Source: a virus. Taken from it: 64,000 bases of DNA. How positions within the stretch are numbered: position 1 is the first letter of the stretch; each line of letters opens with the position of its first letter. Where the stretch lies: IMG/VR virus record IMGVR_UViG_3300027901_000001. The stretch is one strand, 5' to 3'. The notes under the pieces were generated by a model. The model was given only the letters and a program-made list of their open reading frames with translations, ran no database searches and was not told where the DNA came from. Of the stretch, positions 8,906 through 18,060 are shown in pieces. Both the position numbers and the translations under genes were made by a program.

Positions 8906-9591
8906 CGCCAGCCACGCTTCTGCTTCCGCCTCTGCCCCTGCTTCTTGTCCCGCTCCACCTTCTGCCGGATCTTGTTCATCTTCTTCAACGCCATACGCCT
9001 GGTGAACATCGATACCCGGTCCAGGTAAATCTTGCCATCCAGGTGGTCCACCTCATGTAGGAAAATCCTGGCGGCCCAGCCTTCCAGCCACAGGTCAACT
9101 TCCTTGCCATGCTCGGTCCACCAGTGCGCCCGAATCGCCAGCGGACGTTCGACCGGAAACCGCACACCTGGAAACGACAGGCAGCCCTCGATCTGCTGGT
9201 CGCTCTTGGGGCCGACCTCCAGGACATCCGGGTTGACCACGGTGATGAGCTTGCCCTTCTCGCCGGACCAGTCGGCGACGAACAGTCGCCGGAGCTGGCC
9301 GACCTGGGGACCGGACAGACCGACGCCGCCGCACATATACATGGTGTAGGCCATGTCCTTGAGCAGCTCACGCACCTCAGAATCGAACTTCTCCACCGTT
9401 TCGCAGACCTGCCGCAGCCGGGCATCGGGATAGAGCACCAGCTCCAGGGTCTCGCCACCTTTGACGACTTCGGGCATCGCCTTGTTAACCGCCTCGCCAA
9501 ATTCTTTCTTGGCCTGCTGGAGCGCCTTGTCCTGATCGACTACCCGGCGCTTCTCTTCGAGCTGCATCCGTTGGATGGGATCGTCTGGCAT
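8902..9591 (-). CDS. def: Peptide deformylase
   Basis: Motifs GVGLSGPQVG, EGCLSFP, HEVDHLDG. Confidence 0.97.
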   Translation of the reverse strand: MPDDPIQRMQLEEKRRVVDQDKALQQAKKEFGEAVNKAMPEVVKGGETLELVLYPDARLRQVCETVEKFDSEVRELLKDMAYTMYMCGGVGLSGPQVGQLRRLFVADWSGEKGKLITVVNPDVLEVGPKSDQQIEGCLSFPGVRFPVERPLAIRAHWWTEHGKEVDLWLEGWAARIFLHEVDHLDGKIYLDRVSMFTRRMALKKMNKIRQKVERDKKQGQRRKQKRGWR

Positions 9592-9597
9592 GTTTCC

Positions 9598-9960
9598 TCA
9601 GAAAAGCAGGCCACCCGCGCCGTGCTCGACGGTGCAGTACACCTTCTGCCTGATGTTGAAAACGAGAATCCTGTCCGGCGGCATGTGTTTGCTGACGAAC
9701 ACGTAATGCCGGTGGTTCAGAACCCCGATACACATCGCATCCGGAATCGTCTCCTTGGGCGTGCTGTTTGTCCGCTTGAGCTTGTTCGGCCCCAGGCGCG
9801 ACAGCGGATCGTACATCTGCGCATTGGCGACGATTACATTTGCCGGGTGATCACCGGTGCGCCGGTGCACCTCAGCGGTCGCTTCCTCTATCGACGCCGC
9901 CGAAACCTTCTCCACCGCGTCGGACATAATATGCTCGATAACATGGACGGGCTCGGTCAT
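9598..9960 (-). CDS. Hypothetical protein
   Basis: Probable start MTEPVHVIEH, overlapping the upstream stop. Confidence 0.5.
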   Translation of the reverse strand: MTEPVHVIEHIMSDAVEKVSAASIEEATAEVHRRTGDHPANVIVANAQMYDPLSRLGPNKLKRTNSTPKETIPDAMCIGVLNHRHYVFVSKHMPPDRILVFNIRQKVYCTVEHGAGGLLF

Positions 9961-10199
9961 GCGTAGCCCCGGCCCTCCCTCAAGCACTCGCAGTTGTGCG
10001 GATGGTGCACGTCGCCTATCAGCGCTTGCTGCATCGACACGTCGCGGCCTTCCGCGCACGGCCGCCCGCACGGAGCCTTGTGCGGTTCGTGCATGTGAAC
10101 GTAGGCCACCTGTCCCCGCAACGCAGGGACCGCTCGGAAGCGCACCTGCTGACCACAACCGGGGCATTCACGCATCACATTTACTTCGGCTTTCTCCAT
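9957..10199 (-). CDS. Small zinc-finger protein
   Basis: CPGCG...H..CGRPC...HNCEC. Confidence 0.55.
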   Translation of the reverse strand: MEKAEVNVMRECPGCGQQVRFRAVPALRGQVAYVHMHEPHKAPCGRPCAEGRDVSMQQALIGDVHHPHNCECLREGRGYA

Positions 10200-10519
10200 C
10201 AGTGCATCACCATCTTCTTGCCCTCGTTGAGCTGCGCCAGCACGTCCTGGTCCACGACCTCCCGCAGCTTCATAAATCGCACGCTGTCGGTCACCACCAG
10301 GCCCTTGTCGACGCCCAAAACCTTCAACGCCGCTTGCGCACTCTTTATCCGGGCCACTGTTTTTGGCTCGTTACCGTAAACCTCGGTGATCTGCGCGATG
10401 GTTACCTTATCGAAATTGCCACAGATGAAAATCCGGTCGCCCTGGTGCACCACCTCCTTGCCCTCCTCGGGCTTGAAGTACGCCACGACCTCAAACCATT
10501 TTTCCTCCGGCACGCTCAC
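10199..10519 (-). CDS. Hypothetical protein
   Basis: Translationally coupled ORF. Confidence 0.6.
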   Translation of the reverse strand: MSVPEEKWFEVVAYFKPEEGKEVVHQGDRIFICGNFDKVTIAQITEVYGNEPKTVARIKSAQAALKVLGVDKGLVVTDSVRFMKLREVVDQDVLAQLNEGKKMVMH

Positions 10520-10833
10520 ATCAATCTCACCGGCACCTTGACAGAAACCGCTACCGTCCGCACCTCTGTTCCGTGCTCGGGCACCGGCAGTTTCCGGTAG
10601 ACTACGAAGATGGCGTCGTCGAGATCCACTTCGTGCTGCACCTCCGGCGTCGGCACATCGTGAACCCAGATGTTACGCTCTTCCTTCTCCCTGTCATCGG
10701 GCGTGAATTTGACCAGGACCGCCAGGTTCTTCGGATGCCTGGGCGCTCCCTCGTAACAAGTCAGCGTCCCCTTGGCTCCAAGGTTGCCGCAAAAACCGGC
10801 CTCCATAGCGCGAAACATCCACCGGATCTGCAT
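10516..10833 (-). CDS. Hypothetical protein, probably leaderless mRNA
   Basis: -10 TAGGAT lies 6 nt before the ATG. Confidence 0.6.
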   Translation of the reverse strand: MQIRWMFRAMEAGFCGNLGAKGTLTCYEGAPRHPKNLAVLVKFTPDDREKEERNIWVHDVPTPEVQHEVDLDDAIFVVYRKLPVPEHGTEVRTVAVSVKVPVRLM

Positions 10834-10839
10834 CCGTTT

Positions 10840-10867
10840 ATCCTACAGTGTCAGGTCCGTTTGTCAA
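10840..10867 (-). promoter_or_regulatory. sigma70-type promoter TTGACA-N16-TAGGAT
   Basis: Near-copy of the promoter at 15376-15403. Confidence 0.7.
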
Positions 10868-10870
10868 TCG

Positions 10871-11557
10871 CTACTTGAGCTGCGCCTTGACGGAGTCCCG
10901 GAAGGCGGTTTTCTTTTTGGGCACGGGCTTCTTGGCCTGCTTCAACCTCTCGTCGGCCTGCTGGACAACAGCTTGAATCGCCGCTAGTCTTGACAGTTTT
11001 CGGGGCTGGCTGGAAACCGTCGAGGAGGAAATGGCGCGGCCACCACCGCCGGAGCCGCTGCCCACTTCCTGTCCCAGGCTGCTCATCACCGTCCCGACAT
11101 CCAGCACCCCGTGACGCAGCCGGACCTCGTTCCGGAGCGCCTCGATGGAACCACGCAGCTTCTCGTCCTGGATGGCCCCTTCCTGGACGTGCTCTCCGGC
11201 CGCCTTGATGGTGGCCTCCAACAGGGCAGTCTGCTTCTCCAGGGCCGCCCCCAGCCTGTTGGTGGCCTTCGTGTTATCACGGACCGCCTCCAGCGTACCT
11301 CTCAACGCAGAACGCACCATCCAGGGCCAGACCTGCGTACTTACCACCGCGCCCAGGGAAAAAATGGCCACGATCGCACCGGCCGTCGCACCCAATTGCC
11401 TGATGCGGCTGTCGTACCCGGAGTCCTTCAGTTCCCGCTGATGCCGCTCCTGCATCTGCCGCTTGGTCTCGCCGATCGATGGACGCTCGGAATCAGGCAT
11501 AGGCCACCTCCTGGTGACCTCTATTGTGCCAGACGGCCCCGGCCAGCTCCAAATCAA
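10871..11557 (-). CDS. Membrane-anchored coiled-coil protein
   Basis: TM segment LGATAGAIVAIFSLGAVV followed by heptads. Confidence 0.6.
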   Translation of the reverse strand: MIWSWPGPSGTIEVTRRWPMPDSERPSIGETKRQMQERHQRELKDSGYDSRIRQLGATAGAIVAIFSLGAVVSTQVWPWMVRSALRGTLEAVRDNTKATNRLGAALEKQTALLEATIKAAGEHVQEGAIQDEKLRGSIEALRNEVRLRHGVLDVGTVMSSLGQEVGSGSGGGGRAISSSTVSSQPRKLSRLAAIQAVVQQADERLKQAKKPVPKKKTAFRDSVKAQLK

Positions 11558-12276
11558 GGGGCGTATCTGGCCCGGAGCGCTTCCCGATCAGTGTCCGTGA
11601 ACCGCAGGAACTCCAGGTGCTCGCCTTCGTCGGCTGCCCGCAGCGGGTACATGATGGACGCCTTGAAAGGATCGTGCGCTAGCCCCAACCCACAATGACC
11701 CAGTTCGTGTACGAGGATACGGTGGGTGAGTTGCACGCTGTTGGTGTCACGTAATCTGATGAGGGCTCGCATGTCGTCTCGCAGGTTGGGGTCATGTCTA
11801 CCCGTGAGCGTGCAAGACGCCGCAGCTCGATCTGCTCTAGTCGTTCCTTTTCCTGTTTCAAACGGCGCTCCAAATACCACCTCGATGTCCGCATGAGGCC
11901 GGTCAAGGGGATCGCCCGGCGAAAAATCTGCAATCCTGAAATGGGTATAGCCAAGTTGCCCATTAATATGGTCGATGGCGGCTTTAGTGGCATCGTCCAT
12001 CGCTTGACTCCACTTTGCCCCATCAGGCGGACCGGCGGAGACGGTGAGCGGTAATCTTTCCTTCGGCCATACCAGTTCTTCAGGCTCCGCGCATGACCCA
12101 CGATTCTCCTCCTCCAGGCCGCCTTCGACCCAGGTAACATTTCCATCGGTCCAGCACACCTTCATAAAAACGGGCTCCTCGTGCGTCGCCCGGCCGAAAA
12201 TAATGAGGGCAAGCATCGCCACGGCAAAGCCTGCAAATGCGCTCAACAAGATATAGGTAAGCGTTCTCTTAGACAT
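11554..12276 (-). CDS. Matrixin-like (metzincin) membrane-anchored metalloprotease
   Basis: HELGHCGLGLAH plus Met-turn SIMYP; N-terminal TM helix. Confidence 0.85.
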   Translation of the reverse strand: MSKRTLTYILLSAFAGFAVAMLALIIFGRATHEEPVFMKVCWTDGNVTWVEGGLEEENRGSCAEPEELVWPKERLPLTVSAGPPDGAKWSQAMDDATKAAIDHINGQLGYTHFRIADFSPGDPLDRPHADIEVVFGAPFETGKGTTRADRAAASCTLTGRHDPNLRDDMRALIRLRDTNSVQLTHRILVHELGHCGLGLAHDPFKASIMYPLRAADEGEHLEFLRFTDTDREALRARYAP

Positions 12277-12601
12277 GGGGTACTCCTGCGTTTGCTTCGC
12301 TGGCCCGTGCACAGCGGGAACTACAGAACACCACCCCGCGTTCCTGCACAGCCAGCACAGACTGGGGATCGACCTTCCGCCCGCACTGCGGACAGTAGAC
12401 CATCCCCTGCTTCAATCGTCGATTCTCGTTACGGAGAGCTTCGGCCAAAGCCACACGACCCGCGTTCCAGCCGCGCTTCCAATCGTGCGACATATCAGCG
12501 TGATCCGGCCGTTCAGCAGCCCCGGCGATGAATCCTTCCCGAAAATCCCTCAACGGATTTCGCCGCTCTCCGCCGTTTCCTTGGCCTTGGTCGCTCGCCA
12601 T
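12269..12601 (-). CDS. RMF-like segment plus TRASH/FCS zinc finger
   Basis: FREGFIAG...DWKRGWNAG; CPQC...FCSSRC. Confidence 0.5.
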   Translation of the reverse strand: MASDQGQGNGGERRNPLRDFREGFIAGAAERPDHADMSHDWKRGWNAGRVALAEALRNENRRLKQGMVYCPQCGRKVDPQSVLAVQERGVVFCSSRCARASEANAGVPHV

Positions 12602-13287
12602 TCGTCACCACACCTTTTCGAGCAAAAATATACCGTATTGCCGCCGTCCTTCGGAACAAAAGCGAGCACGAAATCCTTGCCCCGGCGCAGTCTCACGGGC
12701 AGCTTTTCCGAATGACTCGGACCGGCACATTCCACCGTCTCAGGGCCTTCCAGGGGCGGCGGTTCCGGCATCAGGACCCCGCGCCTCTCCAGGAGCTGCC
12801 GGACTTCCAGGGCCGTTCTCTCGGCCCGGATGGACACCTCTCGGGTGATGTTGGCCATGAATACCAGCTCATCGGCCGCCTGGATGAGCGCCAGCTCCAT
12901 CTCCGACTCGGCCGCCACGTCGCGGGGACGCACTGAAGCCGTGTCGGTCTTCATATCGGTAAGCTGGACCCCCGCCTTCTGCTGCTCGTTCCAAATGGCC
13001 TGATGCCAAACCCTGGCCGCCTCCAGGAGGGGCTCGTACCGGACCTTCAAGAATCCGGCCAGCTCCTGGAGCCTCCCAGCTTGAAGGATGGCCAGGCCGC
13101 GCTCGACCTCCCCGAGCAAGATCGGCGACACATCCAGAAACTCAGCCGTCTCGCGCAGCCCCTTCTCCGCATTCACCCGGTACCGCCGGATCAACGTGCC
13201 CAGTCGCTGGCGCGGAGGAATATCCGCGATAGGTGTGTCATCCGATTGGCTGGGCAGTCCCACCAACTTCGGTTTCTTGTCCTCCAT
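12550..13287 (-). CDS. XRE-family HTH protein with C-terminal FCS zinc finger
   Basis: LGTLIRRYR..KGLRETAEFLDVSPILLGEVERG; YFCSKRC. Confidence 0.75.
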   Translation of the reverse strand: MEDKKPKLVGLPSQSDDTPIADIPPRQRLGTLIRRYRVNAEKGLRETAEFLDVSPILLGEVERGLAILQAGRLQELAGFLKVRYEPLLEAARVWHQAIWNEQQKAGVQLTDMKTDTASVRPRDVAAESEMELALIQAADELVFMANITREVSIRAERTALEVRQLLERRGVLMPEPPPLEGPETVECAGPSHSEKLPVRLRRGKDFVLAFVPKDGGNTVYFCSKRCGDEWRATKAKETAESGEIR

Positions 13288-13933
13288 GCTCCCTCTCCTT
13301 CTCCTGGGTCAACAGGTGGCTCAACCGAGCCAGCGCCGCGTGCGCGTAATAGACCCTCGGTGAGATTACCATACCGAGATTGGGAAACCCCTCCATTCCA
13401 TCGAACCCGAGCTGCCCATAGAGAAAATAGGCTAGGGCTTCACTGCCATCCTCCACGTAATGATCGATGGCCTCCATAACCACTTCAACAAACCGATCCA
13501 TACCCCCCCAAGGGTCCTTACGTCGCTCCTCAATGGCCTTCAGAAGTTGGAACCGGGCCACGTCGGAATCGTATTCATCGACCACCTCCTGGCAGCCGAT
13601 CGTCGCCTTCTCATGCACATAATGGCCAAAATCCTCGCAACCGCCCATCCAGTGAATCACCTCAACCGGGTCCTTGAAAGGGCCGTAGTGCGCGAACAGA
13701 ACAGGAAGCAAGTCGCCCCATACGACGATCCGGCCGCCTTTCATCACCACAATATCGGCCGCCAGCGTCCAGTCCCAGCCCGACCGATCCTTGTATGGTC
13801 GCTGGAGCAACCACCGGCCTCCGCCGGAGTCCCCTTGTGACCGCGAAATGTAGTGGCCCCGGAACGCTTCTTGAGCCCTCTCCTTCATCCGCCGGTCCAA
13901 CTCCTTCGGATCTTGTCCGCGTTCATCGTTCAT
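13238..13933 (-). CDS. Hypothetical phage protein
   Basis: Probable start MNDERGQD; GGAGG RBS. Confidence 0.6.
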   Translation of the reverse strand: MNDERGQDPKELDRRMKERAQEAFRGHYISRSQGDSGGGRWLLQRPYKDRSGWDWTLAADIVVMKGGRIVVWGDLLPVLFAHYGPFKDPVEVIHWMGGCEDFGHYVHEKATIGCQEVVDEYDSDVARFQLLKAIEERRKDPWGGMDRFVEVVMEAIDHYVEDGSEALAYFLYGQLGFDGMEGFPNLGMVISPRVYYAHAALARLSHLLTQEKEREHGGQETEVGGTAQPIG

Positions 13934-14294
13934 CGTCCTTATCCTCCACGGCTTCAGAAAACAGATCGTCAAGCCGACCCTCGTCGATGGCGTGCAGCAT
14001 AGCCTCATCCATCATCTGCTCGCGCATATGGGTCATCATCGGCACATTGGTCGCAATCTCTAGGGGCTGGACCACCGGCCCCTCAGCCATTGCTTTCTGC
14101 AACCTTTCTCGACACGCGCTTGAACAGGCCAGCAACCCGGCCGGGGCATCCGGATGGGGCTGGTACAGAACGGTCCACCCCCGAGGGGGCTCAATTTTCC
14201 GCTCCCCTTTGCGGGGCATACCGAACCGCCCGCAGCACATACAATAAACGAGCTTGTTCAGGTACGCCCGCCAATCTATGCGGCGCTCGGTCAC
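13923..14294 (-). CDS. Zinc-finger protein
   Basis: CMCCG...ACSSAC. Confidence 0.55.
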   Translation of the reverse strand: MTERRIDWRAYLNKLVYCMCCGRFGMPRKGERKIEPPRGWTVLYQPHPDAPAGLLACSSACRERLQKAMAEGPVVQPLEIATNVPMMTHMREQMMDEAMLHAIDEGRLDDLFSEAVEDKDDER

Positions 14295-14296
14295 CT

Positions 14297-14488
14297 TTAC
14301 CGATACTTACCGCGACATTCCTTGCACTGCGCCTGGTTGCGTACGGTGCCGTCACCCATCTTCCGCAACCCAACCTCGCTACCCCACTTCCACTTGCCGC
14401 ATGGTCCCGTGCACAGAAACTTCGCGTTGATCAGCACGACCCCGCTGGGGTGCCTTACTACGTCATCCTTCCCTGCTTTTCTCGCCAT
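14297..14488 (-). CDS. Small zinc-ribbon protein
   Basis: CTGPC...CKEC. Confidence 0.6.
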   Translation of the reverse strand: MARKAGKDDVVRHPSGVVLINAKFLCTGPCGKWKWGSEVGLRKMGDGTVRNQAQCKECRGKYR

Positions 14489-14502
14489 CTCCTTCTCCTT
14501 CT

Positions 14503-15189
14503 TCAGAACTGGATACTGATTTTCGGCTTCGACATCCGGGACCAGATTTCTACGCAGTCCTCTGTGATGTCAGCGCTCGAAAGCAAATCTCTGATCTTCT
14601 CCGGGACCTCTGCCCGCGTACACCGCAGCATCTGGCTCTCCTCGTTCACAGCCCCCGCCTTCTTGTAGACAATCAGGATAGGATCGTTGGGGTCTTCCAC
14701 CACCGTGGTGGCAGCGGGCTGTGCCGCCCCAGCCATCGCCGGTTGAGCCCCAACGCGCATCGTCCGCTGCTTCTCGATGGCCTCCACTTCCTTCAAGGTC
14801 TCCGCATCGGCGACCGCCGCCTCCGGATTGACCGCCGCCGGGGACTGCCATTCTCCGGACTGCATAAACCCCTCATACTCATCGGCCTCGACTACCGTGG
14901 TCAGCGTGCGCCTACCATGCACCGTCCGAATCAAGGCGTATAACATCTCGCCCTCGACCCAGCCGCTCAGGTCCACGATCCAGCCACCACCTGCCTTATC
15001 GCTGAACCGGGGCGCGTCTTTGGTTCCCCAGGCACGCTCAACGGCCCGGTGCAGGAGTAAACCCACGTCCTGGGGGCCACCGACGTTGCGCCCCTGCTGT
15101 GCCAAGTGCGTGTGCAGGTTGGCCGCCACCACCTCGGTGATCAGCACGTCGGACGGTGCGCCGCCCGCCAACTGGGTCTCGTCTGGCAC
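14503..15189 (-). CDS. Hypothetical protein
   Basis: GAAGGAG RBS, GTG start. Confidence 0.65.
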   Translation of the reverse strand: MPDETQLAGGAPSDVLITEVVAANLHTHLAQQGRNVGGPQDVGLLLHRAVERAWGTKDAPRFSDKAGGGWIVDLSGWVEGEMLYALIRTVHGRRTLTTVVEADEYEGFMQSGEWQSPAAVNPEAAVADAETLKEVEAIEKQRTMRVGAQPAMAGAAQPAATTVVEDPNDPILIVYKKAGAVNEESQMLRCTRAEVPEKIRDLLSSADITEDCVEIWSRMSKPKISIQF

Positions 15190-15368
15190 GTTCTCCTTCT
15201 CCTCTCTTTTGGGGGGCAGTCGACTGCCCCCTCCTTCCCCAACTTCACCTCAAGCTGGTGGATCCTTTGGTCTATCTTCCGCAGAATCCATGAAACCAAA
15301 GCGAGATACAATACCGCGATAACACTCCCGGCTGGCACCGTGAGCAATAGCCACTCTTGCAGGCTCAT
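15141..15368 (-). CDS. Small single-TM protein
   Basis: Hydrophobic N-terminus; ATG 7 nt after the -10. Confidence 0.5.
   Translation of the reverse strand: MSLQEWLLLTVPAGSVIAVLYLALVSWILRKIDQRIHQLEVKLGKEGAVDCPPKERRRRTCQTRPSWRAAHRPTC
15215..15228. repeat. 14-bp palindrome, copy 3
   Basis: Extends to a 20-bp perfect palindrome at 15212-15231. Confidence 0.95.
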
Positions 15369-15375
15369 CTGGGTC

Positions 15376-15403
15376 AGCTTACAGTATCAGGTGCGTTTGT
15401 CAA
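15376..15403 (-). promoter_or_regulatory. sigma70-type promoter TTGACA-N16-TAAGCT
   Basis: TTGACAAACGCACCTGATACTG, near-copy of 10840-10867. Confidence 0.65.
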
Positions 15404-16402
15404 TCAATAGCAGATGCGCGGAATTTCCAGATGGCAGACCAGCCCCTCATCGCAAAGCCCGATGCTGGTCCCGTAAAAACAACACGGCTGCCATCGAGCG
15501 CCACATTGGCAGGTACCGTCTATGCACTCGCCAGTGACGCACATACCTTCAGAGCAACAAACCCTATTCTTGTATCCGCAGTTTCGACAAAATCCCTGAT
15601 CACAATTACCGAAAGTACACGTGCCGCCAGCGCAACACGGTTCGCCTATCCCACCGCAATCCCCTCCACTACCGCCAGTGCCACCAGTACCGCCAGTTCC
15701 AGAAGTACCCCCCGTTCCTCCCGTCCCGGAAGTCCCACCAGCACCGCCGCCGCCGGTCCCGGCGATGGGCTCACACACGCCATTCTGACACTCGCCGCCG
15801 GAACAGGGTGTTCCGTCATCCACCGGCGTATGGATGCAGACAGTCCCCACAATGAGCCTGTCCTCAGTACATTCCTTACCATCATCGCAGGAATCGCCTG
15901 ACCCACCGGCTCCGCCGGTCGCCCCTGCTCCTCCGGATCCACCAATTCCGGCTCCGCCGACACCAGCTCCGCCAGTACCTCCGGCTCCAGCCCCAGCCAC
16001 GCTACCAGCAACACCACCTGTACCAGCCGCGCCTCCGGCAACACCGCCGGTACCTCCCGCGCCCGCGCCCGCGAGCCCACCAGCAGCTCCGCCGGTTCCC
16101 GCTTGGGCGTCCGGGTCGCTCCCGGCATCCGGGTCAGCAGACGGCCCGCTGTCGACTTCCGGATCCTCGACATATCCATCTACCTCCGGCTCGACGAAGC
16201 TCCCTCCCTGGCCCGCCTGGGGGCCGGGATCAGGCAATTCGCCGTCCTCCGTCAGTTCGGGTTCGATGCCCGCGTCTGCTCCAATAGGCTCTCCCGGTGA
16301 CTCGCTTTCCAATGGCACGGAGCTGTCCACAGAGAGCCCATCAATCGACTGGGCATCCGCCGCACACCCCACGAGAAAAAACAACAGGACCACTGATCGC
16401 AT
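15404..16402 (-). CDS. Myxobacterial-type Gly-rich/Cys-rich lipoprotein
   Basis: Lipobox LVGC, AGTGG linkers, CDDGKECTED and CGGIGEPCC modules. Confidence 0.8.
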   Translation of the reverse strand: MRSVVLLFFLVGCAADAQSIDGLSVDSSVPLESESPGEPIGADAGIEPELTEDGELPDPGPQAGQGGSFVEPEVDGYVEDPEVDSGPSADPDAGSDPDAQAGTGGAAGGLAGAGAGGTGGVAGGAAGTGGVAGSVAGAGAGGTGGAGVGGAGIGGSGGAGATGGAGGSGDSCDDGKECTEDRLIVGTVCIHTPVDDGTPCSGGECQNGVCEPIAGTGGGGAGGTSGTGGTGGTSGTGGTGGTGGSGGDCGGIGEPCCAGGTCTFGNCDQGFCRNCGYKNRVCCSEGMCVTGECIDGTCQCGARWQPCCFYGTSIGLCDEGLVCHLEIPRICY

Positions 16403-16517
16403 AACACCCTCCTTTCCAAGTTTAGCTCATTTGTGAAAAGTTACAAAAATCCCATAATCTCAGGACGCAGTTGCCCAGAGACACGTCCCCCGTGGTCGGC
16501 CCCGGACTAGCGGCCGA

Positions 16518-17978
16518 CTACCCCTCCAACTCTCCTTCCAGAGCCAACCGCTTGAGCCTGGCACCGAGCCTACACAGGGCGTCGTGGTACTCCTCACTGA
16601 GATGGTCCGCGCTGTAGTGGTGGCCGAACTCATGGAGAAGCAGCCTGTCCACCACCTCCAGGTCCCCGTCCTTCACCTTGCGGAACCACTTTTTGCCCAA
16701 ACGCTTGACGCCAAACATCAGGCGACCATCTCTCCCGTAGCAGGCCGAGAAGCCGTTGAGGTCCTTGGCCATCTGGACATCAATGGTCTCGCCCAGCAGC
16801 AACCGCCCGAGCTTTTGGGCGTAGATTACGGTGGCCCGCATGTCGGCCGTCCACTTGTCCTCGGGAATCAGCTCGACCGGCGGCGCGTCCGGATCATCGG
16901 AGAACACCTTGGGACTGGGCGTTACCTGGCCCGCCGGTAGCGCCGCGCCCGACCGCCGGATATTGTCCCACTGAGTCCGGTTGAAGGACCCGGCCTGGAT
17001 GACCTGGTAGCCCTTGGCAACCGCCAGCTTGGTGCCCTCCGGATCGCTCGGATCGGCGATGACCCGCTTTTCCCCGTACCGGGCCGTGAGCACGGTGTCC
17101 ACCGCTTCGTCGGTGACGTTCTCGCTCTCCAGGGCCTCATCGACCCAGGGAGCCCTGGCGGTTTCCTCGCTCATGTATCCGTGCATCTCGTTGAGCACCA
17201 GCGTCAGGACCTCCCGCATATAGGCCGGGGTCACGTTGTCGCGGTCCGCGTTCAACGGCACCTTTTGGTTGATGTCGACGTGCCAGATACAGTCGATGTC
17301 CACGACCGGAATGCCCATCTCGTAGAGCCGCGCCGGTCCACCGTAGGTCCGGTTTGTCGTGTAGACCTTGACGATGGTGCTGCGCTTGGTGCGCCGGAGG
17401 AAGCCCTCTTCGTCCGCAATCTCGGTCGGCAACGTAGCCTGGAAGGTCCTGACCGGCTGCCACTTCGGTAACCGCTTGCCGTTGAACCAGAGCTTCACAC
17501 CTCGCGGCACGATGACCTCGCGCACCGCCTTTTCGATGCGCTTCACCTCATCATCCTTTAGACGCAGTTGTCCCTGGAAAAAGGACCCTCTCTGGGTCTT
17601 CCCACGGGTATGGGTTCGACCATTCTTATCGAAAAACACGGTACCCTTGGTGGTTGTGATCCTCGCCTCCTTGCAGACGGCGATGACCAACTTCTCACCC
17701 AGGTTGAATCGGCCCCGCTGGTTCGGGTTCTTGCCCTTGGCCGACTCCGCAAACAGCGTGTAGGCGTGCGCCAGGTCCTTGAAGCCCTCCGGGTTGTCGT
17801 CCTCGACCACCAGTTCGTGAAGGCTGTGACCGACGCCCAGCCGCCGGAGCGTCACCGCGACGCTGGTCGACTTCTCATCCAGGGCATTCTGGATCAGCTC
17901 CAGCACCACGAACTCGATACCGCGCCGAGCCAGAATCTTGGCCAGACCCTTCTTGTCCACTTCAAATGTTGGTTTCAT
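16518..17978 (-). CDS. GHKL (HSP90/MORC-like) ATPase with C-terminal HExxH domain
   Basis: ELIQNALDE, VEDDNPEG, GRFNLGEK; LLHEFGHH. Confidence 0.85.
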   Translation of the reverse strand: MKPTFEVDKKGLAKILARRGIEFVVLELIQNALDEKSTSVAVTLRRLGVGHSLHELVVEDDNPEGFKDLAHAYTLFAESAKGKNPNQRGRFNLGEKLVIAVCKEARITTTKGTVFFDKNGRTHTRGKTQRGSFFQGQLRLKDDEVKRIEKAVREVIVPRGVKLWFNGKRLPKWQPVRTFQATLPTEIADEEGFLRRTKRSTIVKVYTTNRTYGGPARLYEMGIPVVDIDCIWHVDINQKVPLNADRDNVTPAYMREVLTLVLNEMHGYMSEETARAPWVDEALESENVTDEAVDTVLTARYGEKRVIADPSDPEGTKLAVAKGYQVIQAGSFNRTQWDNIRRSGAALPAGQVTPSPKVFSDDPDAPPVELIPEDKWTADMRATVIYAQKLGRLLLGETIDVQMAKDLNGFSACYGRDGRLMFGVKRLGKKWFRKVKDGDLEVVDRLLLHEFGHHYSADHLSEEYHDALCRLGARLKRLALEGELEG

Positions 17979-18008
17979 TAGCCACCTTCTTCCTTTCCAT
18001 ATATTACT

Positions 18009-18037
18009 ATTCTACCATACTCCTATCTATTTGTCAA
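18009..18037 (-). promoter_or_regulatory. Strong sigma70-type promoter TTGACA-N17-TAGAAT
   Basis: Near-consensus, upstream of the GHKL gene. Confidence 0.8.
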
Positions 18038-18060
18038 GATGGCTGTTTTTTGCTGTTTTG

